Source of the DNA: the human T2T-CHM13v2.0 reference genome, Homo sapiens
Direction: 5' to 3' (one strand)
Assembly (NCBI RefSeq): GCF_009914755.1
Contig: NC_060936.1
DNA: 64,000 bases
Of this stretch, positions 16,734 through 31,455 are shown piece by piece. A program made the position numbers and the translations under genes. The notes under the pieces are model-generated. The model did not search any database. It saw only the letters and a program-made list of their open reading frames with translations, and was not told the DNA's origin. Positions within the stretch are counted from its first letter, which is position 1, and each line of letters starts with the position of its first letter.

Positions 16734-16890
16734 CTAAGATAAGCTAGGCCATATATATGAATCCCCTTGGTGGGATTTTAAAAACACATATATTTTCCCT
16801 TCAGGATTTGATATACCTCCTAGTTCCCCTTGTCTCTCATGAGATCTCTCTTCTGGTGACCCACTAATAACAGTGAGAAGCGTCATATCC
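16734..16890 (-). other. Candidate minus-strand terminal exon (5' part, up to the stop codon)
   Basis: Acceptor tctttctttccaccccaacacaagtag| followed by an open frame ending at TAG (16734). Sequence motif only. Confidence 0.3.
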
Positions 16891-17161
16891 CTACTTGTGT
16901 TGGGGTGGAAAGAAAGATTAAGAGTAGTTTCTGCAACTAAAGGAACCACTCTTCTTATTCCATTTGTTCCAGTATAGTAGTTTTGTGAATTAGTTTGTAA
17001 AAGAGTAGCTCTACGTCCAGTTCAGCCCTGAGGGAATATGATTTGGTATACAGAACACAGATATTTGGAATTCTAAGACACAGGTCAATGGTAATCTACA
17101 ACATAAATACCCAGCTGACCTTCTCCTTCTGTCTTAAATACAGCTGACTGCTTTTCCTCAC

Positions 17162-17218
17162 CATTGGTTCCTCTGGTCCAAAAAACAGGAATTGATTTTA
17201 GACTGGTCCTTAGGAAAC
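17162..17218 (-). other. Candidate 57-nt internal exon
   Basis: Acceptor ttttatttcctgattcag| and donor ATG|gtgagg in non-repeat DNA. Confidence 0.4.
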
Positions 17219-17447
17219 CTGAATCAGGAAATAAAATGTCATGCCAAAAGATCCATATGGTGCATTCCAGACCAAACAAAATTATAGAGAATTAGTCACT
17301 ATTTCATATTCAATGTCAGTACTATCCTTCTTAAGCAAAACTAATTTAAGGTTAATCTTTTTTTTTCGCAAACTATGTCTTTATACTCGTCTAGGTCATT
17401 TCAAAACACGTTCTCTATTCTCTAATTTTATTACCTATTGCAATGTA

Positions 17448-18942
17448 CATGATTTTCAAGATTAAGTTTGATTTTGTTGTAAACCAATCAATAATCTTTT
17501 ACTAGAAGTAAACCTACTCAAGATCAACCGCTTTCCAAATTACTGCAGCAAAACCCACAGAAACTCAAAAATGAACAACATTAAACTGTACTATTTCATC
17601 TCTTAGCATATCTAGCATAGACGATAGCTTGTGTTCTCCTTGGGATAGAATTGATGGCTCAGAATCTACTCTAAACATTTATTCTCAAACAAGCTTTCCA
17701 AAAAAGCATTGCATATTGATTTTGCCTTTCATGTTTTGTATTCTACCTACATATTATTGAAAATTAATTAAGGAAATTTGGAATAAGAAATACCAGAAAT
17801 TAAAAATCACTAAATTGACAAAATTAACTTATTTTTCATCAGATGATAAATTTTGAAATATTTTCAAAGCAGGAACTTGTAATACTTATATAATTACACC
17901 GTGTTTCAATTATTATTTACATATATCCCAGATTAAAGGATTGTGTACATTAGTTATTCACTTGTGTATTTAAAATGCATTGCAGTATAAATTATTTAGC
18001 TTGGTATACTTTTAAAGTTGACATGAAAGTTTAGGGTTGCCATGCAGTTACAACTTTGGGTCAATTATTATCATCACCAGTGGGAATCAGTAGAATGGGT
18101 ACCTAGATTCAAACCCAAATCTACAACTTATTAGCTATGGTCAAATTACTTGGTCAAAGTGCCTCCATTTCCTGTTTTATAAAAGGAAGCTACATAGCAA
18201 TAACCACTTCTCTGGATCGTGAAAGCAATCTATTTAACTTCTCAACCACTGGTTTTATAACATCGTGTATGTTATAGCATAACAAGTTGTGTGTTAATTA
18301 GAAACCTTATTTTAATGAATGAATATCTGAGAACAATTTTATATTACAAATGCAAACATAGACTTTACATTAAGACCATTTCTCCCACCACTGGAATAAA
18401 AGCATCAAGAATCAAAGGAGTGAAGGATTGTCTTCTCTCTCTAAAATAAACCAAACAACGTCCTTGATTTTAGCTCTGGTAAAAGTGACCCTCCCTTTGT
18501 CCCCCACAACTTTTTAGGGGTAACCCGAACACTGAGATAGTAAGAAATCATAAAGTTAGGTTTTTGGGAAGAGTACAGATTTAGGAATCAATAGATGTGA
18601 GTTTTGAGGTGCTCCCTCTTAATAGTTGTATGATTTTGGGGCAAGTTTATTAAATCCTAACTATGGTAATGAGTTTGGTGTATGGCATTCTGGCCAGTTG
18701 TAGGCACTCAGGATATGGTAATTGCTATGGAGCCATAAATTCTATCCCAAGGAGAACACAGGCTATGACTTATGCTAGATATGCTAAGACATGAAATAGT
18801 GCAGTTTAATGTTGTTCATTTTTGAGTTTCTGTGGGTTTTGCTGCAGTAATTTGGAAAGCAGTTGATCTTAAGTAGGTTTGCAACCAGTAAAAGATTATT
18901 GATTGGTTCACAACAAAATCAAACTTAATCTTGAAAACCATG
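17448..18942. repeat. Inverted repeat: 213-bp arms (17448-17660, 18730-18942) with a 1069-bp spacer
   Basis: Manual alignment gives 16 mismatches, no indels, and a 59-bp perfect core (17530-17588 / 18802-18860). Confidence 0.97.
18085..18230 (+). mobile_element. MIR remnant in the inverted-repeat spacer (a second one lies at about 18570-18729)
   Basis: cctagattcaaacccaaatctacaacttattagctatg...gcctccatttcctgttttataaaa. Confidence 0.6.
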
Positions 18943-18976
18943 CCATTTGTCTGGAAATTTCTCAAAGGCATCATAA

Positions 18977-19312
<336 letters not shown>

Positions 19313-20227
19313 TGGATTCCAGTTCTTTTTAAGAGAACTCAGTTTGGCATATGTAGCAGCCCACAGTATGGTCTGTGAAACTGTATCTCTTGTGAATGAA
19401 ATCTTAGGAGCCATTTCTTGGATACATGTTTTAAAAGAAAGGAAATCATAATCCTATTTGATTAATTATCTCTTAGTTCACACATACCAACCAGCCTTTG
19501 CTCCAGAGAGAAGGAGTTGTATCAACAGTCCATTTATATATTCAAGGATTACCTAAGAGGAACGCCACTTTGAGAAACTATAGCATTTGTAAGCCATTAG
19601 AATGACGTCTAAGTGATTGAGAGTCACTGTTATGCATTAATTATATGGAAAAGTTTCAAAACTGCAATGTTTGCTACACTATTCTTGAATTAAAACCCAA
19701 TATGTGCATGTATGATATCTGGTTATGAAGCATCTGGTTATGATGCTTCCAAATATTTTCTTGCCAAAAATATTTTCCAAAGTTGTAAGGCCCAGCAGTT
19801 ACCATGATTACACAGCTAGAAGCTTGGTTGTAAAATGTACACTTGAAGTTTCCATGCTTCATTGCATGAAAGTTGTAGTAAAGTCTTTAAGGAAGCAACT
19901 ACTTTCTGTCACTAGTAATTGATGCCCTTCAGTTCCATTGAGTCAGTTCCTATTATCTGAAGTAAAAAAGTACACAAAGGAATCTGGTATTACTTTTAGG
20001 AATAAATGTTTAAAATATCAACTGCATAATAAAACATTTAAAAAACCTGTTTTCCTAGTTGATAAAGCAAGATTCACTCAAAGAAAAATTAGTGGTTCTA
20101 TCGTTCATGTTGTAGGAACAACAGAAATGTGAATTTTACTCCTTTCTAACACGTGACCACATTATAATCTTTGCATCCCTCACATGTATTTGTAGAGTGA
20201 AAGACAGAATAAACACAGTCTCCTTAC

Positions 20228-20291
20228 CTTTTACAAACACTAGGCAAAGCCGTGGTTCATATCTCTATACCTGATTCTGCTTTGGAGAAGC
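20228..20291 (-). other. Candidate 64-nt internal exon, non-coding (stops in all three frames)
   Basis: Acceptor ttgctgtctgtag| and strong donor AAG|gtaagg. Confidence 0.4.
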
Positions 20292-20399
20292 CTACAGACA
20301 GCAACTCGTCATGAAACCACTAGATTATTGAAACATTTTTACCGATATAAAAAATAGTATACCATCATTAGAGAAAAATTGAGAAAGACTGAGAAGTGT

Positions 20400-20800
20400 A
20401 AAAGAAATAGAAATAGAAATCATCATCTAGAGATATCCAATATAGTGTTTTGATATATATTTTCTTTCCAGTCCTTTTTATGAATATACATTTTATTTTT
20501 TACAAAATTGAGATCATGCTATGTGTCATTTTTTAACCTTGCGTAACATCAGAAGCATTTTTATTGTCATTAAATATTCTTTGATACCATGATTTATTCT
20601 AGCCATAGAATATTTCTTTGTATACATGACTAAAATTTTTCATATTTAATTTTCTCTATTACAAGTAGTGCTGCAATGAATAGCACCAAACACAAATCTT
20701 TGTAACTCTGATGATTTCTTTAAATGACATTCCTAAAAGCTCCTAAAGTTGAAATTATTAGATCAAAAGATATGAATATGTTATTCTTTCAAATGACAAA
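20400..20800 (-). mobile_element. Old L1M 3' fragment
   Basis: ttacaaaattgagatcatgct...ctattacaagtagtgctgcaatgaat...ttgaaattattagatcaaaagatatg. Confidence 0.65.
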
Positions 20801-20934
20801 TTAACTTAGAACTCATATATGAGAAATTGTTCCTTTGTATCACTCTGTTTCTGAAGGGTTTCTATTTTGGATAATTCACTACACAAAGAAAATGTATTGC
20901 TAAAGTATCCAAGGGAAAACAAAACAATCCTTTA

Positions 20935-21316
<382 letters not shown>

Positions 21317-21869
21317 CTACCTTAAATATGAGTCTGGCTTATTCAACTTGATAATAACATAGCAGTTTAAGTTTATTCTCCACTGCTATATTTTAAATGT
21401 CAGGTGTGAATGATATTGTAGAGTGTAGAATATTTTACAAAGGTTGGTAGGTACTTGTGCCTGGTCAGCCTGATTCCTGAATACCTAACCAATCTTACAA
21501 AGAATCAAGACGATACCCAATTAACCCCTTTAAAATTGGGCTCGTTTTCTTTCTGGGGCACCCTGATTCCGATTCCATAAAAAGAGAAGCACATGCATAT
21601 ACCAAGTTCTACAACTGCTGCCACTAGTTTCTGGTCAGATGTTCAGATGGGCCAGGATCCACTCTTCACAGGGACTTACTAGATGACTCAACACATCCCT
21701 CCTCTTTGCTACTAGTGGCATGGCCAGCCCTGCCTGGAGGGAAGATGTCAGGGCAAATGTTTCTTTCCTTTCTCAATGGGGTTGGCAATTATAGTGTTGG
21801 CATCAGAGAACTGTGTTTTTTGTACCAATCCCAACTGTGTTGCCTCCAGGGGGCAGGGTTATATACTCT

Positions 21870-22110
21870 GGCTGAGAGTGTTCTCTGGTGCTGGGCCACA
21901 TGGGCTCATAATCTTAATTTCACTGCATGTGAATGTTACAACTGTGAGCAAACTGCTTAACCTAACAGCCAAATCTGCCTCAATTTCCTTATTCTCACAA
22001 GAGGGATCTTGATAATGGTATGTACCTAATAAGATTGCTCTGAGGAACAAACAAGATAAAACATGTAAAGAATATAGAACAGTGCCTGTTGTGTAACAAG
22101 TATAAGTATT
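21870..22110 (+). mobile_element. MIR SINE
   Basis: tctgcctcaatttccttattc...gataatggtatgtacctaataagattgctctgagg...tagaacagtgcctg. Confidence 0.75.
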
Positions 22111-24329
22111 AAGATAAAAATCAATGTTACATTAATTTTAGAAGAAAAAGAACCCATTCCTAGTTGTACCTTCAAAAACATAAATGATCTAAAATCAAGC
22201 TTCTGTGTCTTAGTTCCGCATTCATGCATGCAGTAATTTATTCAGCAAACATTGTACTCTACTTCGCACTGGGATAAGAGAAGTTAAGACACAATAAAAC
22301 AGTGAGATTATACATGTAAAGAATTTAATATGGTGCTTATGGTCAATAAATGACATTATTATAAAGATATAAATAATGTATAAGTATGTTACAAATAAAC
22401 AGTCAAGATTAGAGACACTGTGAATTAAAAATTAAAAATTGTTCATCTAAGGCAAAACTGATTTCAGAATAAACTTGGACCTGGAGGTGTAGATTCAGCA
22501 GAACTAAGAAACTTTCCATCTTAGTGGGTATTGTCGAGCTCAACTATTAAGGAACAATGTACATTTTAATTAAGTTGTGGAATTTCAGACCCTGAGGAAA
22601 ATCTGTATGTTTGAGAAAGAAATATGGTGTTTCATTAAAAACATATATTTATTTGTTGTTATTGGCAATGCTTGGTTTGTAAGTCATTTTTGCAAGTAAA
22701 CCTTGGGGTTGAAGGGAGGAAGGGAGAGGAAGCAAGTCCTCTGAGGGGAATATTCCACAGATGATTGACGTACTTTCTAAAATGAATGTTAATGGAAAGT
22801 AAAAAGTCAGAACAGCATCACAGAAGACAGCAGGCATGGTAAAGAGTACCCAATAAATTACTATCTGGTATTCTCTAAGAGAATGGAAATTTACATGGCA
22901 GAAGAAGAAAAATTTATCTGAATTCATCCTCTGTATGAATTCAACTAAAAGCTACAAATTTTATTTTTCCTTAAGACAATAAAAGAAAAATGATTATCTA
23001 ATCAAACAGGAAGCTACAGAATTGCTTTGGCATTGAAAATTAAGGATGAGTTTAGATTAGTCAAAGCAAATCAAATAGAAATTTCCAAAATGTGATATAT
23101 ATAGAAGGCTAAATTTCTGGAAGAATAGCTTAGACAGATACCAGCATATTTGATCATAGATGAAAAATTCTATTGGATGCTCTCATTCCATCACACAATC
23201 CATCAAAGTTATTGCCACATTTTATATTTGGTTCTTGTGTTTATTGTACATGGTAGCATTAACCAGGAACCAGATTCCCAGCGGAACCAAAATAAAGAAG
23301 GACAGCAAAGTTGGTTATCTTCATATTGATGTGGAAGTTGTCTCTAACATTGTCTCTAAAGTCGCTCAAGCTAATAGGGCTTCTAAAGTCCTGTGCTTCT
23401 GATCTTTCAACATATCCTATCCATTGTTTTGATTGATGTTTCGATTGTTTTTGTTGAAGAGAACAGAGTCTTCTGCCAAATTAAGCAACACCCTCCATTC
23501 CTCCATCATTGCTGCACAGGCATCTGTAATGAGTCTCATGATAATTCCCAGAATCCTTTTAATTAGAAACATTTTGATTCAAAAATTCAGATTTCTACTT
23601 TATTATCCTTTATCCACTTTTCCAAGTGTGCATCATATAGGTAAAATTTACAAATGTTTAATTATCTTTCTTCATAATTTAATATTTTATACTGATATCA
23701 TCTTTCCCTATAGCTATAATTATTAAAACAGAGCACCTTCCAAACATAATTATTTATGTATTTATAATTTATTATCAAATTATCTATATTTCATTATTAT
23801 TACTTATAAGTATACACTTCATGCTTAAATATTTACATACATAAAGACTCATTGTATCATCATAACAGTTCCTGAAAGTTATTTAGCAGGAGACAGAGAT
23901 GAGACTCAAATATATTTCCCAGAAACTCTAATGCCAGTGTATTTCACAACATTATGGTCATTGCAATCAACTTCTTTTTGTTCCAACTAAGGGAAAGGTA
24001 TTTGCCAAACCTAAATCTGTCAGAGTTTATCAACAGTTGATTGCTGGTGATGCTACTTCTGGAGCCAAATAGTTATCAATCACTAAATGACACTCCAGGT
24101 CAAGTGATTTCAGTTTCACATTTTCATTGCATTAAACATTTTTCAATTTTTCATTGAAACAATATTTTAGGATCCTGATGATGGACAAACCAGAGAAAGA
24201 ACTTATAGGAAGACTTCATAAAACATTACACTGTTTCACTAGACACAGTGAATAAAGAAAACTGAAATTTAACTCTTGCTTTCATTTTCTTTGGCTAATA
24301 CATACGCTGTAAAATACATGTAGTTTCTA

Positions 24330-24730
24330 ACTTCTTTATTCATTTACTTATTTATTTAATACGTATATCTTGATTTCCTACTCTTGTTTGGCACTGATAA
24401 GCCTGAGACACCATGATGAGCAAGATGCTCAGAGTTTATGTAAAAGGACTTCCCAAGACTTGAGTTTCAAATACAGGACTCCTAAGATCTATCTTCACAA
24501 ATTTAGATTCAGAAATGGTGCAGAGGAACCTAAGCATCTTTATTTTCAATAAGCCCCTGGGGTTATTGTAATGCAGATTGATTGTAACTATCCTCTGAGC
24601 AGCAATGATCTAACAGGAAATACAGACAAATAAGCAGTTACAATGAAATGTAAGTTCCAAGGTAGGGTTAAGCATAGAGTACTATTGCATATGCAAGAGC
24701 ATCTTCTAACATACATTTGAGTTGAGAAGG
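24330..24730 (-). mobile_element. L2 3' end with an inserted MER5-like element (about 24450-24605)
   Basis: ttcatttacttatttattt start; gaacctaagcatctttattttcaataagcccctggggttattgtaatgcag is MER5-like. Confidence 0.6.
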
Positions 24731-24824
24731 CAAAAAAATCAAGAGTTTTAAGTCTTACTACAGTGTCTCAATTTTCATCAAAGTTTTCTACCACAACCAC
24801 TGCTCATATTTCTTATATATGTGT

Positions 24825-24825
<1 letters not shown>

Positions 24826-24857
<32 letters not shown>
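24826..24857. repeat. (AC)n microsatellite
   Basis: About 16 AC units. Confidence 0.97.
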
Positions 24858-24859
<2 letters not shown>

Positions 24860-24869
24860 GAATATGAAC

Positions 24870-26300
24870 ATACTAAAGAAAGGGAAAAACAATATATCAA
24901 GGGAAGGGAATGGTAGATGAACAATTCAGTCTGGAGAAAAACATACTCCAAGAAACAAAAGGAAATTCCCACCAGTGCTTTATGAGTAAGAACAAAAGTC
25001 AGTAAAATGAGCATTCAAATAATAGATACAGGATAACAGAATGAGACAGAAAAAAGCATTGTAGATGTTTTAGATGTAAGAAACAAATTAAGAATCAAAC
25101 CAACATCATTATACAAGCAACACTCAAATTAGAAACAGTGAAGCAAAATATATAGCTAAAAATACAATGATTGATGCAGAAGAAACCCTTTAGTGAATGA
25201 AAATGCAAAAGACCATAAGATTAAAGAAACGGAAGAAGAAGTAATAAATGTGCAGGTCAGATAAAGAAGAACCAAAACAATGACACATAATGTCTGGGAT
25301 GTGGAGAAACCCACAAATACAAGATAAAACATTCAAAAATACAACACAGAAAAATATCTCTGAGATGAGAAAAAAATTTACTTTAAATAAAACATATTGT
25401 GTTCCAGAAGAGGGGAAAATCAAGTTTTTAAACTTCACAGATACAGAAAGAATACCACAGCAAACACATACCAGGAAACTGCAAACAAAAATAAAGCAGA
25501 GGACATGATAAGAATATCAGAAAAGTTTGAGTTCAAGGCAAAAATGAGTAAAGAAGATGAAGGGCATTTTGCAGTGATAAAAGGTATAATCTACAATGAA
25601 GATTAACTCAAGAATATTTATGGAATGACATCAAAACTAAGTCAAAAACTGCTGGAAATAGGATGACTAGATATGCAAATAAAGTAGACAAAATATAAGA
25701 AAAGACATAAAGGATCCATATAACATAGTAAGAGAAATGGTGTATATATGTATATCGACATGGATATGTACGACTATCCAATGAATAAATATTTAAGACA
25801 ATAAAAGAAATTTCTTATCTCATCTAAAAGAAAATTTTAAGACAATAAAAGCAATTCTTTTTTGAGAATTTTTTATCTTTATTTTATTTTTATCTTTATT
25901 CTAACTATTCTGCAATTTCAATTTTCATTTTAGTTTTTATGGAGATGTTAGTAAATAATGTGGTAATATCAATTAACCAAAATAGGGTGGTAATAGGGTA
26001 ATATCAATTAGCAAAAATAAAACACTTGATAATATAAATTACCAGCAAGAATGTGGAAAATCAGGCCTATTCATATGCTGTTCACAGGATCTCTTTGGAG
26101 AGCAATTTGGCCCACCTATCAAAAATGCTCTGCTCTTTGGTCCAGTAATTCAGGTTCCAGAAACCAATACTCTTGCAGGCATATAAAGATATTGTACAAG
26201 GGTGTTAACTATAAAATATCAGAAATATCTAAATGCCCATCAAAATAAAGCTGGTTAAAAATTAGGATAGATCCTTACAAAGGAATTAAAAAAAATAATT
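24870..26300 (+). mobile_element. Old L1M fragments (ORF1/ORF2/3' remnants with deletions)
   Basis: A-rich; gagttcaaggcaaaaa...gaagggcattttgcagtgataaaagg resembles the L1 endonuclease region; 3' remnant near 26030-26280. Confidence 0.6.
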
Positions 26301-26490
26301 AGGTGGAAAAAGCATTTATACATTATACTAACATTTCTTTATTATTGAAATGTCGGCATCTAGAGATCTTTATTCTTTTAATAGCTTTAGAATATTGCTC
26401 TGTATGAATAAGCTTTTATCTATATACCTGTCCATCTATCTATCATCTATTTATCTACCATCTATCTATAGATACATGAATATATGTTGA

Positions 26491-26896
<406 letters not shown>

Positions 26897-27459
26897 TCAA
26901 ATTTTTTAACTATATGAGTATTTTAGTTGCATAATAATAAGAAATAATGTACTGCCTTGTATGCAATATGTTATAATGAAATTAAATAAATCTTCTTGGC
27001 TACAAATGCCATAGAAGCATTAAGGGCTTAATACTTAAGTGCACTGAAGAATGGTGTTATCCACATGCATAGGGAAAGAAAGCACTACTTGTAAATGTGG
27101 AAGTCAACCAAGTCCACAGTGACCTTTTTCTAGGAGCCCCTTGACGACTCCTCACCCTTCCTTAATTATCAGGTGGATGGACAAAGAGTTCTTGATAAAA
27201 TTTATGTCTAAAACCCTGGACAAACATTATTCAAAATCAATGGCCCTTGGCCACTGTCACTGCAGACCGCACATTACACTGCGGCAGCTCAGCTAGAAAG
27301 TTTGATGGTAGACGTTTCCTCAATCTACTTCATCAAACTGAAAAATTTATATTATTAACTGCATAAAATTTCTGATGCATCAACCTGGGATGTACAGGGG
27401 AGTATCACAGAGAAGCAAAAACAAACTGGGAGATAGGTTTGTTCCTGTTTTGTGCTCAC

Positions 27460-27601
27460 CCTGCCCCATTACTCCATGACCAATAGGAATATGGAGAGCC
27501 TCTTGAGAAGGGAACAAATTTTTATGCCTTCTTTTCCATAACCCTTATATGAGAAGGAACAAAACCTGCTCTTTACAACCACCAGATCAGCATTATGGGA
27601 T
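27460..27601 (-). other. Candidate 142-nt internal exon
   Basis: Acceptor ctttatttattcag| and donor AGG|gtgagc. Confidence 0.3.
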
Positions 27602-28384
27602 CTGAATAAATAAAGCTTTCCAAATTGGAATTTCAAAATCAGAGCCATGTAGAGCACAAGTAAATAGATTCTAAGTACAAATTTCAGCAAGGGCAGTGGG
27701 TACACAGAAAAACAGATCAATTATTTTAAAGATATCCACACACATGGAAGCATGATACAGATTAAGACTGGGAAAAAAATCTTTGTGTCCTATTCTGAAA
27801 TCATGTTTGATGCTTACTGTAAAGGTCACATGGTGTTAAATTAGCACTTTGATATACAGAAAGTATAAATGGCAATGGAATAATTAAAGCACTCTCAACA
27901 AGAAGCATACTTTTGAATGAATTAGGTCATTGAAGGTTATTAAAGCTTGCACCATGTAAGTTTGGAGTGGTGTCATGGTAACCATTTATCACGTTTGTTT
28001 CCCAAACATATTTTGGAGCCCACATCAAACATCAAACAACATGAGTATGTCAAAAGACCAGCTAAGACCAGAAATAGGTAAAGTTAATGATTATGCAAAT
28101 TTGAACCTTTGCTTTCCGAAGGTAAAAAATCTATATAAAAATCAGTACTTGTTTCTCTCTATCTTATTTTAGTCTCAACTGTTGGGTAAGAATTCTTAAC
28201 TATATTTTCATTTTTAAATCCAGTAGTCATATATCTAAAACTCATAATTAATTTTATTTTATGTTAGGTTTTAACTTTTTTTTTAAGAAAAGGAAGTATA
28301 CAATTTGGTATTTCATAACAAAGTAAATATTTACAAAGTATCTTAGGAGATAATTTAAAAGTTTTTTGCCATCTGAATTATCTT

Positions 28385-28566
28385 TTCCCCTCAGACTTAT
28401 TGAGGTATAACTGACAGATAAAAATTGTATATATTTAAGGGATACAAAATGATTTTTAATGAGTAGTAAAATGATTACCACAGTCAAGCTAATTGACATA
28501 TTCATCACCTCACATAGTTACCCTTTTTGTGTGTGGTGAGAATATTTAAGAGCTACTCTCTTAGCA
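28385..28566 (-). mobile_element. L1MA-like 3' end
   Basis: ttattgaggtataactgacagataaaaattgtatatatttaagg...atcacctcacatagttacc. Confidence 0.85.
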
Positions 28567-28811
28567 CTCCACTTATTTTAAATATAACTCAATGGTCTAT
28601 AACAGAAAAATGGTCAAAATGGTCTATAACCTAGTCTAGTCTGACACTAGACTAGGTTCCAGGTTAGTTTTGTTTTTGTTTGAAAAACATCTAATTTCAT
28701 ATATCTTTTACAAAGCATTGTTAAGCAATATCACAAATTAGTCATAGATTATTTTTAATGTTGGGTGCAGATGCAAAATACACAGAGGAGTCTCAAATAC
28801 ATATGTACACT

Positions 28812-28910
28812 CTAGGGAAGATGAAAATGTCCTATATCTGTGCTGTCTAATAAATCCACTAACCACATCTTGCTGTTGAACATTCGAAATGTGACTAGTA
28901 CAACTGAGAA
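28812..28910. mobile_element. MER3-like (hAT-Charlie) fragment
   Basis: gatgaaaatgtcctatatctgtgctgtctaata...gaaatgtgactagtacaactgag. Confidence 0.75.
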
Positions 28911-28914
28911 AAAA

Positions 28915-29990
<1,076 letters not shown>

Positions 29991-31455
29991 TATTTCTTCT
30001 GTGGATTTCAAGATCTCTCAAGAGGCTCTCACTAGACGCATTCTCAATACTGTCATTAGTATTCCTAATATTGCTGTGAGACAGGCAGGTGGCAAGGATT
30101 ATTATCCCTTATCACTCGCCAGCAGCCTAATGTGTCTATATGCATGGAGAGGTTTGGGGAGCAGGAATGAGGGCAGTTTATCATTAGCACAAAACAGCAT
30201 TTTCAACCTTGTACACCCTTCTACAACATATCGTAGAATTACTTCCAAGTTAGTTTTGCTGGAGTTAGGAATCTGAAAATTCCTTGTTTGGGAATTTTCC
30301 AATCTTGGTGTTTATAAGCCATCGGCATGCAGTTTTAAATTTAAATAACATCGTTTTTCCTTTGATTCATTGCTTCCATAAACAGTGTTAAGTATAGAAT
30401 TATAAGTATGAATCAGTTATGTAAGCTTCAGGGCTTCCCCTTCAATAACTACACTGCTATTTGATTGTCTTGCACGCAGGCACATATTAACCATATATTA
30501 GCTATTTATGATTGAGTTAGAATGAATTCCCCTTCCCTGTATTGTTACCGACATTAATTTTCTATAAAGAGATATTGACAGACTCAACTTCACTACATTT
30601 AATGTTAAAAATTAATAACAAATGATCCATCCACAGAGTTATTTTTATCTTGGAAAATCCAAATTGGAATGTTTCTTATCTCAGGTTTTTTATAATGTAT
30701 TTTGTTAAACTTTGCTGGAAATCAAAAATTCTTCTTTCGTTACATATTTTAAAGGCCTACTAATAAAATGTAGCCTATTTTTAATGTGGCAGTTCTGGAG
30801 AAAAATGTGGAAGTTTGCATCAAGAAGCTTGTGGGTACATTTCACGGAATAACCAAAGTTATGTAAATACTGTGCAGGCAGAAAAAAAAGTTTATCCCAT
30901 TGAAGGTAGAACATTTGGTAAATTAGTTTAAGAGTAATTTTTCTCCAGGTTGTGCCCCTGAAAAACTTACAATTAAGTTTGTGCTCTGAGAGTCAAATTA
31001 TAAATTGTTATAAAATTATTTATAAAACATAAAATTGTCAAGCTATTTTCTGGCTTTTGTACTCATCATCATCTTCGTCATCTTCTGCCTCTATTTAGCC
31101 AACGGCAGTAAGTTGTTTCAAGTCTTCTATGGTTAGATCATCAGAGTAAGAGTCTTGTAGCTCTTCCACATCTTCATTTTCTACCTCCTCAAATCCAACC
31201 TGCTTTGCTAGGTCAACACAGCTTGCCTTAATTTTTAATAAAATTTCTTGGAAACTTCAAATCCTTCAAATTCATGAATTAAGTTATGGAGAGTTTTCTA
31301 CCACAATAATGCAAGTATTCTTTTATTACATCATTCCAGGTTTCTACAATGTCCACTTTGACAGTAATCCCTTCCAAAATTCTGCAACACTTTCTGCATT
31401 CTCACCGTCAGTAGCAGCAATTAACATCTCTTAAATGTTCACTTTAAATGTTAAC

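Noticed and set aside
17448-18942. Inverted repeat as the TIRs of a DNA transposon
   Set aside because: No TSD, no recognisable terminal motif, and the spacer holds MIR-containing host-like DNA. A Dfam search is still needed to exclude it formally.
21684-21690. AP-1 site TGACTCA as an enhancer
   Set aside because: A single 7-mer is expected several times by chance in 64 kb.
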